A DNA stretch of 64,000 nucleotides from Lysobacteraceae bacterium (GTDB lineage Bacteria; Bdellovibrionota; UBA1018; JAGTJX01). Each line of letters begins with the position of its first letter. Position 1 is the stretch's first letter. The notes under the pieces were generated by a model. It saw only the letters and a list, made by a program, of their open reading frames with translations. It was not told the origin of the DNA and made no database searches. A program made the translations under genes and the position numbers. The stretch lies in the NCBI GenBank assembly GCA_023657465.1, contig JAGTJX010000001.1, forward strand, positions 460,358 through 524,357. Reading direction: 5' to 3'. This document shows, in pieces, positions 1-9,170 of the stretch.

Positions 1-4
1 CATC

Positions 5-1462
5 ATGGAAATCGCGGATTTTTCAGCAGCAACTGACACCATCATCATCAGCGATCTCCATTTAGCAGATGCTGAACCTCCACACCCTAGGAACCCACTT
101 TGGAAGCGCTTCAAAAGAAAAAAATATTTCATTGATCGCAGCTTCAAAGACTTTCTTGAAGAAATTCAAAAGAAAACTCAAAACAAATTAGAACTAATTT
201 TAAATGGTGATATTTTCGACTTCGATTCGGTCACTGAAATTCCTCCGAAGAAGAGACCTTTCCGTGTGAATTGGCTAGAAAAGAAATGTGGTCTCAGCAG
301 TGAAGAAAAAAAATCACGATATAAAATATCAGTCATCTTAAGGGATCACGATGTCTGGATAGACGCACTCAGAGGTTTTATTCTCAACGGTAATCGAGTT
401 GTTTTTGTCATTGGAAATCATGATATGGAGCTCCATTGGCCAGGAGTTCAAGAAGATATTCTTCATACGCTTGATGTGCCTCAAGAGTTCAGGCAAAACG
501 TGCGTTTCTGTGAGTGGTTCTATATCAGTAACAAGGACACTTTGATCGAGCACGGTAATCAGTATGATGCGTACTGTGTGTGCTCTAATCCCGTCCATCC
601 ACTTGTGAGAGAGGGTTTCGGGGTTTTTGTAAGATTACCTTTTGGAAATTTAGCCGCGAGATACATGGTCAACAACATGGGTTTGATTAATCCTCACGTG
701 GAGTCAAACTACATCATGGGACTGGGTCAGTGGATGGTCTTCTTCTTCAAGTACTTCATCCGTGTGCAGCCACAGATTGCATGGACATGGTTTTGGACTT
801 CAGGAGTCACTCTATTCCTCTCGATCGGTGAAGGATTCCTTCCCGCTATCAAGGACCCGCTGACCACTGAGGCAAGAGTAGAATATATTGCTGCGAAGGC
901 GAATGCTGCTCCTTACATGGTGAGAGCGCTTCGTGAACTTCACGAACATCCTGCTGTTTTCAGTCCGATCAAAATCCTTCAAGAGCTCTGGCTAGATCGT
1001 GCTCTACTATTAGTGACACTTTTGTTTAGTAGTTTTTGGATTTTTAGTGTTTTGAATCTCATTACACCTCTTTCAATTTATTGGTTCATAGGGATCTTCT
1101 TGGTGTTTTTCCCATTTTTGATTTACTACGCGGCCTCTGTTAAGTCGGATGTCTATGCATTCCAAGACAAGGCAATCGAAAATATTCCGATTGCAGCGCA
1201 AATCACCAAAGTTCCTCGCGTAATTCATGGCCACACGCATAGACCCATTCACTCTGATGTTCAAGGAATCGAAGTTGCGAATACGGGTACTTGGTCTCCT
1301 GCGTTCAAAGATCCTAAGTGCATGGAGAAGTACAGTATCGAATGCTTCGCTTGGATTAGGCCTAAGGCTGATGGCTCTTCACGCGAAGTGAAGCTCATGG
1401 TGTGGAAAAACCATGGTTTTCACGAAATTTCTAAAGCAGCTACAGTCGAGGCACATAAATGA
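5..1462 (+). CDS. Calcineurin-like metallophosphoesterase with internal transmembrane segments
   Basis: Motifs SDLH, GDIFD, GNHD, EHG, HGHTH; hydrophobic helices near aa 240-275 and 330-378; start close to window edge. Confidence 0.8.
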   Translation: MEIADFSAATDTIIISDLHLADAEPPHPRNPLWKRFKRKKYFIDRSFKDFLEEIQKKTQNKLELILNGDIFDFDSVTEIPPKKRPFRVNWLEKKCGLSSEEKKSRYKISVILRDHDVWIDALRGFILNGNRVVFVIGNHDMELHWPGVQEDILHTLDVPQEFRQNVRFCEWFYISNKDTLIEHGNQYDAYCVCSNPVHPLVREGFGVFVRLPFGNLAARYMVNNMGLINPHVESNYIMGLGQWMVFFFKYFIRVQPQIAWTWFWTSGVTLFLSIGEGFLPAIKDPLTTEARVEYIAAKANAAPYMVRALRELHEHPAVFSPIKILQELWLDRALLLVTLLFSSFWIFSVLNLITPLSIYWFIGIFLVFFPFLIYYAASVKSDVYAFQDKAIENIPIAAQITKVPRVIHGHTHRPIHSDVQGIEVANTGTWSPAFKDPKCMEKYSIECFAWIRPKADGSSREVKLMVWKNHGFHEISKAATVEAHK

Positions 1463-2679
1463 AAAAAACCTGGGACGTATCTCTCACTGACATTCAAGCG
1501 GCAAAACAAGAGCTCTCTCATTTCATTCAGCATACACCTCTACTCTACAATTCTTGGTTATCAGAGGAATACGGTTGTGAAATCTATCTCAAGCTAGAAA
1601 ATATGCAGCCCATTGGTTCGTTTAAGATCAGAGGTGCAACTTACAAGATTGCTTCTCTCACGAAGGAAGAAAAAAAACGTGGAGTCATAGCTGCAAGTGC
1701 TGGCAATCACGCACAAGGTGTTGCTTGGGGTGCACAGAAGTTAGGGGTGAAAGCAACTATCGTCATGCCTGAGACTGCAGCATTGACAAAAGTACAGAAT
1801 ACGAAAGCACTCGGAGCAGAAGTCGTTCTTCATGGGAAGAATTACGATGAAGCTTATGCAGAGACAGTGAGACTGGCTAAGAAATCGAAGAAAGTCATGA
1901 TTCACGCGTTTGAAGATCCGCTCGTTGTTGCAGGTCAAGGGACAGTGGGCATTGAGATTATGGAGCAACTTCCTGATGCGGATTGGATCGTAGGATCTAT
2001 CGGTGGTGGAGGATTACTTGCAGGATTGGGTATTGCAGTGAAGGCATTGAGCCTCAGGACCAAGATTCTGGGCTGCCAAGCAAAGGGTGCTTCTGCGATG
2101 GTTCAGTCGATGAAGTCAGGCAAAATTGTCGTCTCTGAAAAGACTCAGACTTTTGCTGATGGAATTGCAGTTAAGCGTGCTTCACCTCAAATGAGAAAAT
2201 TACTCAAGCGCGTGATTACTAAAACAGCTCTTCAAGACGATGAAGCAATTGCAGGTGCTGTGTTGACCTTGCTCGAAAAGGCCAAAGTCATAGCCGAAGG
2301 TGCAGCAGCCATCTCGCTTGCATGCCTGGGTCAGATCAGAAATGAGATCAAGGGCAAGAAAGTCGTTCTCCTCATCTGTGGTGGAAATATCGATGTGAAT
2401 ATACTTTCAAGAATTATCGACCGTGGTCTTATTAAGACTGGTCGTAGGATTAGGCTCAATGTCTGGATACCCGATATCCCTGGTTCTCTCTCCAAGCTCA
2501 CGGAGTGGGTAGGCCAAGCTGGCGCTAATATCCTCCAGGCTATCCATGATCGCGATCTACCCTCTACTCGCATGAATGAGACCGAGGTTGATCTGACCCT
2601 AGAAACCAGGGGAATTGACCATGCTAAGCAGGTTATCGCCTCTCTTAAGGCTCACGGAGTCACTGTTAAAGAGCTGTAA
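1459..2679 (+). CDS. ilvA: Threonine ammonia-lyase (PLP-dependent, C-terminal ACT domain)
   Basis: SFKIRGA PLP lysine, SAGNHAQG, GGGGL, ICGGNID; ACT-like C-terminus. Confidence 0.92.
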   Translation: MKKTWDVSLTDIQAAKQELSHFIQHTPLLYNSWLSEEYGCEIYLKLENMQPIGSFKIRGATYKIASLTKEEKKRGVIAASAGNHAQGVAWGAQKLGVKATIVMPETAALTKVQNTKALGAEVVLHGKNYDEAYAETVRLAKKSKKVMIHAFEDPLVVAGQGTVGIEIMEQLPDADWIVGSIGGGGLLAGLGIAVKALSLRTKILGCQAKGASAMVQSMKSGKIVVSEKTQTFADGIAVKRASPQMRKLLKRVITKTALQDDEAIAGAVLTLLEKAKVIAEGAAAISLACLGQIRNEIKGKKVVLLICGGNIDVNILSRIIDRGLIKTGRRIRLNVWIPDIPGSLSKLTEWVGQAGANILQAIHDRDLPSTRMNETEVDLTLETRGIDHAKQVIASLKAHGVTVKEL

Positions 2680-2766
2680 GTATTTGATATTATTAATAAA
2701 TAAAAATAAACAGTGTTAGAAAACTAACAGATTGTATTTACGACCATTTCTGTCAACAATTAGAGA

Positions 2767-3006
2767 ATGAAGGCTCCCCACTGGATCATAGCTGCCATTC
2801 TCACCTTAATCAGCGCAACTCAGTTTGCGCATTCAGGCCCCTTAAAATCATATAAAGAATCAGGCGCCAAACGTAATATAGCCTCATCCTTTAGCAGGTA
2901 CAGTCACACACCAATAAGACAGGATTCTACAAGAGTGGAGCGGCGTCGGATGTCTAGTCCAGCCAATCGTAGTAATATCGGCAACTCCACTCGGTCAGTA
3001 TTCTAG
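2767..3006 (+). CDS. Small secreted Arg/Ser-rich hypothetical protein
   Basis: Signal peptide MKAPHWIIAAILTLISATQFAHS; basic low-complexity mature part. Confidence 0.55.
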   Translation: MKAPHWIIAAILTLISATQFAHSGPLKSYKESGAKRNIASSFSRYSHTPIRQDSTRVERRRMSSPANRSNIGNSTRSVF

Positions 3007-3023
3007 TCACTTTTTCCCCTACA

Positions 3024-3052
3024 TAGACAATAGATAAACTCTCAGATATACA
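3024..3052 (+). promoter_or_regulatory. Putative sigma70-type promoter directly before tatA (leaderless)
   Basis: TAGACA-17 nt-TATACA, 6 nt, then ATG. Confidence 0.45.
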
Positions 3053-3058
3053 GATCCT

Positions 3059-3220
3059 ATGTTTGGACTATCTGCAGGACATCTGCTTATTTTGTTTTTT
3101 GTGATTCTTCTCTTCGGCGGTCGTAGACTGCCCGAATTAGCTACAGCGCTAGGTAAAGGAATCCGTGGATTCAAAGACGGTCTAAATGGCAAAGACAACG
3201 ATCAGTTGCCGAGAGCTTAA
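3059..3220 (+). CDS. tatA: Twin-arginine translocase TatA/E subunit (53 aa, absent from ORF track)
   Basis: Manual translation MFGLSAGHLLILFFVILLFGGRRLPELATALGKGIRGFKDGLNGKDNDQLPRA: TM helix, FG hinge, amphipathic helix. Confidence 0.92.
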   Translation: MFGLSAGHLLILFFVILLFGGRRLPELATALGKGIRGFKDGLNGKDNDQLPRA

Positions 3221-3223
3221 GAA

Positions 3224-3739
3224 TTAAACATCCAAATAAAACGTTTCTCTATCGTCGTTATATCCGAATAATTCCGCGTAACGTCCCCAGTTTACAATCG
3301 TGCTGAAGGAATGTTCTGCGTTCTGGTTGGGAAGAAGTTCTGCGAGAACATCGAGGACTTCCCCACGAGGAGCTTCGCGCTCTTCCTTGGTGTTCAAGAA
3401 GTCAGAGACTTTTTTGAACACGGCGATCCCCGCGATCTGATCTTTGATCAGAGATTTTCTGTGTGAGATTTTTGCTTTAGAGATTTTGTCTCCCATGTCT
3501 TCTAGAACCACGTCACCACCTGGAGTGTGAACAAGTTTCAGAATTTCCGCAGCGCGGATGACGGAGAGAACGTGACCGAATTCCATATTGAGTTCAGCGG
3601 CGAGTTTGTAAATGTCTTCTTTGCCGCCTTTGCCTTTGAGTAGCTCGACTAATCCTAAGATTTCACTGATACCGATTTCAGGCATACCCTGCTGCTCGAT
3701 AGAGATTGTACTCGGAGGTTTTGAATCATTGTTTTCCAT
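3224..3739 (-). CDS. Stand-alone AAA-associated C-terminal domain of NitT/TauT ABC ATPases
   Basis: GLVELL...DIYKLAAEL...WGRYAELFGY signature; own SD (AAGGA). Confidence 0.8.
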   Translation of the reverse strand: MENNDSKPPSTISIEQQGMPEIGISEILGLVELLKGKGGKEDIYKLAAELNMEFGHVLSVIRAAEILKLVHTPGGDVVLEDMGDKISKAKISHRKSLIKDQIAGIAVFKKVSDFLNTKEEREAPRGEVLDVLAELLPNQNAEHSFSTIVNWGRYAELFGYNDDRETFYLDV

Positions 3740-3753
3740 ATTTTTTCCTTATC

Positions 3754-4518
3754 TTACGCAATCAACGAGAAGACCTTATCGACCATCTCAATAAATGCAG
3801 GATCTCGTTTGTCTCGAGGTCTAGGTAAATCCACCTTGAGATCCGCTGCTATAATTCCCGGTTTCCTCGATAAAATTAAAATTCTGTCTGCAAGTTCGAG
3901 TGCCTCTTCAATCATGTGAGTGACCATGACGACTGTATTGAGGAGATTGTCTCTGTCTGACCAGATGTCCAGTAACTCATCTCGCAAGTTGATGGAGGTG
4001 AGAACATCGAGTGATGAGAATGGCTCGTCCATCAAGATGACTTCAGGTTCGACTGCGAGTGCGCGCGCCAAACCTACACGTTGCTTCATGCCACCCGAGA
4101 GCTCACGCGGATAAGCTTCCTCGTGACCGTCGAGACCTACTTTGCCGATATAATACTCAACACGTTTACGGCGTGCATTTGGATCAGACATCCTGGTTTC
4201 AAGCCCTAGCTCGATGTTCTGGAAAACAGTGAGCCAAGGAAGTAGTGCGAAATTCTGAAAAACCATCGCTGTTTCTAAATTGATCGCGTGCTGAGGTTTT
4301 CCCTTATAGAGAACTGTTCCGGATGAAGGAGGAAGCAAACCATTGATGAGGCGGAGGAGCGTACTCTTACCTGCGCCAGATGGACCTACAATCGCAATGA
4401 ACTCTCCTTCTTGTGCCGAAAATGTCACATCATCAAGGACAGTGAGATCCCCTTGAGGGAGCTTGAACCTCTGCGTGACATGTTGGAATTCAAAGAGTGG
4501 GGTTGTTGTTATCGACAT
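3754..4518 (-). CDS. ABC transporter ATP-binding protein, nitrate/sulfonate family
   Basis: GPSGAGKST, LSGGMKQR, ILMDEPF, VTH switch. Confidence 0.92.
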   Translation of the reverse strand: MSITTTPLFEFQHVTQRFKLPQGDLTVLDDVTFSAQEGEFIAIVGPSGAGKSTLLRLINGLLPPSSGTVLYKGKPQHAINLETAMVFQNFALLPWLTVFQNIELGLETRMSDPNARRKRVEYYIGKVGLDGHEEAYPRELSGGMKQRVGLARALAVEPEVILMDEPFSSLDVLTSINLRDELLDIWSDRDNLLNTVVMVTHMIEEALELADRILILSRKPGIIAADLKVDLPRPRDKRDPAFIEMVDKVFSLIA

Positions 4519-4525
4519 TTAAAAC

Positions 4526-6283
4526 TTATCCATCGAATTTATAGCGTTCCAGAGAGCCGTGGTAAAGAGGCTTCCATAACAATGTATTAATTAAAACGAT
4601 CCACAAAATAAGTGAAAAAATACAATAGGTTATCGTGCGAGTGTCGCCAGATTTATACACCGCATTGTTAATGAGGGCTCCAATACCGTACACTTCAAGC
4701 AATTCACTTTTGAAGTTGATGTACTCAGACACTACGAGTGCATTCCACCCTCCACCCCATGCAGTGATCGCTCCTGTGATGAGCGCGGGTCGTGAAGCAG
4801 GGAGTACAAGACGTTTCCAGGTTTGAAGTTTGGTTAAACCCATCGATCGAGTGGCATCTGCAATATCTGCAGGAATTGCCATTGATCCGCCGAGAGAATT
4901 AAACAAGATGTACCATTGCATTCCCGTGATGAGCAGAATGATGGATGAGACTTCCATGCCTCCGCCAAACTTCCTTACGCCGATGAGGATGATGAGAGGA
5001 AAGAGTGCAGTCGCAGGTAAAGATGCGCCAATCTGTGCGATCGTGAGGAGATAGCCGCGAATTTTGGGTTTGTCCCAAACCATGAGAGTCACAGGTACGA
5101 TCCATAGTAGCGAAATCACAAGAGCAATCACTACACGGAGAGTAGAAACCAATATCGCTCCGGGAATATCTTTCAATATAGATGGATAGGGAGGAGTGAG
5201 GAGTTGAATGGAGAGTTGCACGAGGAGTATGACGAAGTGAACGAAGAGAAAGGTGAGAGCGCCGTAGCTGATGATCTTCGTGGATCTCGTCACAGCCTTG
5301 GGACCATTGATCCAGAGATAGTGAGGAAGATCCCAAATCAGTGGCAGAATTATTTCTTCAAAAATCCAAACGACTGGAGAGAAGAATGCGCGGATCAGTT
5401 TGTTTGCATAAAGCTGAATCGGAGTGATCGATGCTAGGAAGAATCCTGGAATCGGTAAGTTTAGATGTGTGTTTTCATGAAGTTGTTCAGAGCTATTGCT
5501 ATCGTGTTTGAATCTCAGAGCCCATTGAGATGCAGGTCGCCAAATCATGTAGTCCATGAGCAGGACAAGAGAGATGAGTGCTGCCAATCCCCAGAGAATA
5601 AGCCTGATATCGTCTTGTTCAGCAGCACGAGAGAGGAAGTTTCCGATACCGGGAAGTTGATATTTCACTCGTCCTACAGCGATGATTTCACATGCAACTA
5701 AGAAGAACCAACCGTTCGACCAAGAAAGAATACTATTGTAGACAAGTCTAGGCACAGAAGCAGGAGCGAATAATCTCCAGAACCTTAAACTTCCGGTCAC
5801 ACCGAATGAATCGATGACTTCTTGTTGCTCTGATGGAATAGCCTTCACTGATTCATATACTGCAAACGCCATGTTCCAAGCTTGGCTCGTGAATATGAGG
5901 AAGGTAGCAGCCATCTCTACTCCGAGTCTATGTCCTTGAGTGATCCCGATGAACATTGCAATCGCAGCAGGAAAGAACGTAACGACCGGCATTGATTGAA
6001 AAATATCGAGCATGGGAAGAATGATTCTCTCACCCCACTTCGATCGCGCAGCCGTGAGTCCGAAGAAGTAGGCGAAGATCAAAGAAGCCAAATACGAAAT
6101 CACCATTCGAAAGAAAGAAAGTGCAAGCTCAGACGGCAATTCTTTGATGGTCACGTTCTCTGCGGTGAGTTCAGTGAGGTGAACTCCACCATGATACAAA
6201 ATTTGAATGATGCCAAAAACCGCACCCAGCAGTAGAATATAAATCAGGCTAGTCTGAATTTTTGATACCTGGGGGGATTGCAT
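4526..6283 (-). CDS. ABC transporter permease, two fused NitT/TauT-type domains
   Basis: Multiple TM helices, two EAA-like loops, adjacent to ATPase. Confidence 0.88.
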   Translation of the reverse strand: MQSPQVSKIQTSLIYILLLGAVFGIIQILYHGGVHLTELTAENVTIKELPSELALSFFRMVISYLASLIFAYFFGLTAARSKWGERIILPMLDIFQSMPVVTFFPAAIAMFIGITQGHRLGVEMAATFLIFTSQAWNMAFAVYESVKAIPSEQQEVIDSFGVTGSLRFWRLFAPASVPRLVYNSILSWSNGWFFLVACEIIAVGRVKYQLPGIGNFLSRAAEQDDIRLILWGLAALISLVLLMDYMIWRPASQWALRFKHDSNSSEQLHENTHLNLPIPGFFLASITPIQLYANKLIRAFFSPVVWIFEEIILPLIWDLPHYLWINGPKAVTRSTKIISYGALTFLFVHFVILLVQLSIQLLTPPYPSILKDIPGAILVSTLRVVIALVISLLWIVPVTLMVWDKPKIRGYLLTIAQIGASLPATALFPLIILIGVRKFGGGMEVSSIILLITGMQWYILFNSLGGSMAIPADIADATRSMGLTKLQTWKRLVLPASRPALITGAITAWGGGWNALVVSEYINFKSELLEVYGIGALINNAVYKSGDTRTITYCIFSLILWIVLINTLLWKPLYHGSLERYKFDG

Positions 6284-6288
6284 TGAAT

Positions 6289-6933
6289 ATGTATCTCATT
6301 ACTGCGTTGATTTCTCTAGCTCAAAGCTTTTCTGCAACCTTTCAAAACATCTCTCAAAAAGAATTTTTTTCGCAAGTTCCCGTGGTCGTCAGAGCCGTAG
6401 CAAAAAGATCAGAAGCCAAATGGGCAAATGACGAAAAATTGAATCGAAAAATTTTTACTTACACGGATTTTGAAGTCATTGAAGAACTCAAGGGTAAGAC
6501 CGAGTCCAACCGAATCACCGTGCGTGAACTCGGAGGTGAGATGGATGGAGTGGGTCTTCAGGTTCCAGGAGCTGCGAATTTTGAATCAGATAAGGAGTAT
6601 GTGGTCTCACTTGCGGCATCCAGTGATGAGGGAATCTACCGTGTGGTCTCGCTCAGCGCTGGGGTTCTCGAAGTAGAAAACCACGCAGGGCAGCTTACAG
6701 TTAAAGGTGTACTAACGAGTCAAAATCCCGTCAGTTATGAGAAAACTCGCGACATCATCAAAAATAATTCTAAGCCCACTCAAGAACCTATAACCAAAAA
6801 GGAAGTAGCCCAGCAGCCCGAAAAAAAAACTCTCGAAGACCTTCCTCCCGTCAATCATTCCACTGGCATATGGATTTTATTTGGGATCATAATTATAGGT
6901 GCGGGAACATGGATGATCACCCGCAAAAAATAG
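6289..6933 (+). CDS. Secreted, C-terminally membrane-anchored hypothetical protein (partner of matrixin)
   Basis: Signal peptide from ATG 6289; beta-rich domain; C-terminal TM plus RKK. Confidence 0.65.
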   Translation: MYLITALISLAQSFSATFQNISQKEFFSQVPVVVRAVAKRSEAKWANDEKLNRKIFTYTDFEVIEELKGKTESNRITVRELGGEMDGVGLQVPGAANFESDKEYVVSLAASSDEGIYRVVSLSAGVLEVENHAGQLTVKGVLTSQNPVSYEKTRDIIKNNSKPTQEPITKKEVAQQPEKKTLEDLPPVNHSTGIWILFGIIIIGAGTWMITRKK

Positions 6934-6951
6934 TCTCACGGATGAGGCAAT

Positions 6952-8595
6952 ATGATTATTGGACTGTTCATACTCTTAGGGATTCTCCCAAACCTCTCTC
7001 AAGCCTATATTAAAACACGTGCTTCAAACGGCAATGTGATCAAATGGTCGCTTCCTAAAAAGATCAGCTACTTTGGCAATTCAGTGAATAATTCCGGTCT
7101 CTCTTCAACTGATGTTTTCAATTCTATTGTGAGAGGACTTGAGACTTGGAAGGAAGCCACTGGTGGATTATTTAATTTTGAATATACGCAAGGAACAGAC
7201 GGTGCCACTTATTTTAAAAACAGTGATTACAACCAGAAAAACACGATTTACTTCGGAGACCTTGATCCAGGAGTGATCGGCATGACTCAACTTTGGTTCA
7301 ATAACGGAACAGGTGAGATGTTAGAGACAGACATCCAGCTCAATGATGTTGATTTTTATTTCACAGAGAATCCTGCAGATACCACTTCTACATCTGGAAA
7401 TGTGAACGGTCGCAGAAAAGTTTATATCAACAACGTTCTCACTCATGAAATGGGACATGCAGTGGGGCTCTCACACGAAGAGGGATTGCACTCAACAATG
7501 TTCTATCAGGAATTCTATAACCAACATCAGATCTCTTGTGACGAGAGAGCTGGCGCTCAATCTCACTATCCAAATATTCCGGGGTCTTCTGCGATCTCAG
7601 GAAAAATCCTTGCTCCAAGTGGTTCTCCCCTATTCGGTGTACATGTCATAGCAATTTCGCATGCTCGTGGTTCTCCACTTTCGTCTGCTCTCAGTGACAA
7701 AGACGGAACATTCGCTCTCGAAGGATTAGAGGCTGGAAATTACTCAATACTTTTTGAGCCCTACTATCCAGGTGCTGCAAACCTTACTGCTTATTACTCA
7801 GGAATGAATCATGCGATTTGCAGTTCATCATTTTTTCCAAGACAGATGGACACAAGAACGTTTTCTGTGGGAGCAGGTGCAGTGACAGGGCTTGGGGATT
7901 TATCGATGAGTTGCGCTACCAATTTTATTGGAGTGAATTCAGGGACTCTCAACGATCTCTCTCATCCCATTGAACAAGGCGCACTTTCTGATGGAGCTTC
8001 TACAGTATGGTCAGGAGTTTTTAACACTCGTACAGAGTTGTTTTATGGATTCACTACCACGGGTGGAAACATCAGAGTTCATTCTCTCGCTAATACCTTC
8101 TACTCCTTCACTCAAGGTAGTGTTCAGCTTACTGATGATGTGGGTAATGTGATTGCGCCGTCAGTGAATCAGTATCCAAGATATTCTGTTGATGGATTCA
8201 CTAACTACGATCACTCGACTCAGTATGCGAATCTCCCTGCGGGTCATTATGTGTTGAGGATTAAACGTAACTCCGTACCTTCTCGAGAACTTGCGGGTGG
8301 TTCGCAGCTCTTAGACAACAAGCAATTTTTTATCGTAGCTCTCTCTCAAGATGTTGCGACGCCTTTGGCTTCGCATTACCCAGATAATGTCAAATGCCAA
8401 AAAGTATTACCACCCAGCTCGTACGTGAGCCCGACACCTCCAGCAGAGAAGCCCAAGGGTGGATGTGGATCGATCCAAGCAGTAGGAGGTTCAGATGGGG
8501 GTAGCAGTTGGACGAGCTTTGGAGCCCTTCTCCCTTACCTCTTGATGGGGTTAATGTTGAGATTCGGGCGAAGACGATTTAACCTATTTAAATGA
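6952..8595 (+). CDS. Matrixin (M10)-family zinc metalloprotease with carboxypeptidase-regulatory-like domain and C-terminal sorting tail
   Basis: HEMGHAVGLSH plus Met-turn STMF; tail KGGCG...GGS-TM-RRR. Confidence 0.85.
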   Translation: MIIGLFILLGILPNLSQAYIKTRASNGNVIKWSLPKKISYFGNSVNNSGLSSTDVFNSIVRGLETWKEATGGLFNFEYTQGTDGATYFKNSDYNQKNTIYFGDLDPGVIGMTQLWFNNGTGEMLETDIQLNDVDFYFTENPADTTSTSGNVNGRRKVYINNVLTHEMGHAVGLSHEEGLHSTMFYQEFYNQHQISCDERAGAQSHYPNIPGSSAISGKILAPSGSPLFGVHVIAISHARGSPLSSALSDKDGTFALEGLEAGNYSILFEPYYPGAANLTAYYSGMNHAICSSSFFPRQMDTRTFSVGAGAVTGLGDLSMSCATNFIGVNSGTLNDLSHPIEQGALSDGASTVWSGVFNTRTELFYGFTTTGGNIRVHSLANTFYSFTQGSVQLTDDVGNVIAPSVNQYPRYSVDGFTNYDHSTQYANLPAGHYVLRIKRNSVPSRELAGGSQLLDNKQFFIVALSQDVATPLASHYPDNVKCQKVLPPSSYVSPTPPAEKPKGGCGSIQAVGGSDGGSSWTSFGALLPYLLMGLMLRFGRRRFNLFK

Positions 8596-9110
8596 ATATC
8601 CAATTATTAGGTATAGTACTCGCGATCTCAATCAACTCTACTCACGCCATGGTTGCAGAAGGTGGCGGGGTTAATCCAGATAAGATTCACGCAGTAGATC
8701 TCAAGAAATCTCAATCCTATATTCGAGATGGGTTATTCGTAGGTGGAGACGCGCAAACGACAGATGTGAATTTGAAGGATATTCGTTTTGCTAAGAACAA
8801 GGAATACGAGCGATTGGTCATGGACTTCACAGGTAGTGCAGGACGATCTCCCTACTTCCAAGTTGATGTGAGCCCAGAGATGAGCAGACTTGTAGTGACG
8901 GTCTATGGAAAAGTGAAACTAGGATTCGAGCCCAAGCTCGTAGCTAAAGCGTTTGCTAAGAGCGCCTTTGTTGAGAGAATCGAACTCCTTCCTCAAATTG
9001 AGACAGATCGTTGGACCTACTCACTCACCCTTAAAGACTCAAAACGTCCTCAAGTTGAAGTGTTTGAACTCGGTGCGCCAACCCGAGCCATTATCGATCT
9101 AAAGCCCTGA
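8592..9110 (+). CDS. Secreted AMIN-like domain protein
   Basis: Signal peptide; IRF..YERLVMDF and ELGAPTRAIIDL AMIN-like motifs. Confidence 0.55.
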   Translation: MNIQLLGIVLAISINSTHAMVAEGGGVNPDKIHAVDLKKSQSYIRDGLFVGGDAQTTDVNLKDIRFAKNKEYERLVMDFTGSAGRSPYFQVDVSPEMSRLVVTVYGKVKLGFEPKLVAKAFAKSAFVERIELLPQIETDRWTYSLTLKDSKRPQVEVFELGAPTRAIIDLKP

Positions 9111-9135
9111 TCCCTAAGCGCTTTTAAAATAGCTT

Positions 9136-9163
9136 CTTGCCAAATGGGCTTTCAGCCCCATTT
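9136..9163 (+). promoter_or_regulatory. Putative sigma32 (RpoH)-type promoter for lon
   Basis: CTTGCC-14 nt-CCCCATTT versus consensus CTTGAA-N13-15-CCCCATNT, upstream of a heat-shock protease. Confidence 0.5.
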
Positions 9164-9170
9164 TATGGGC

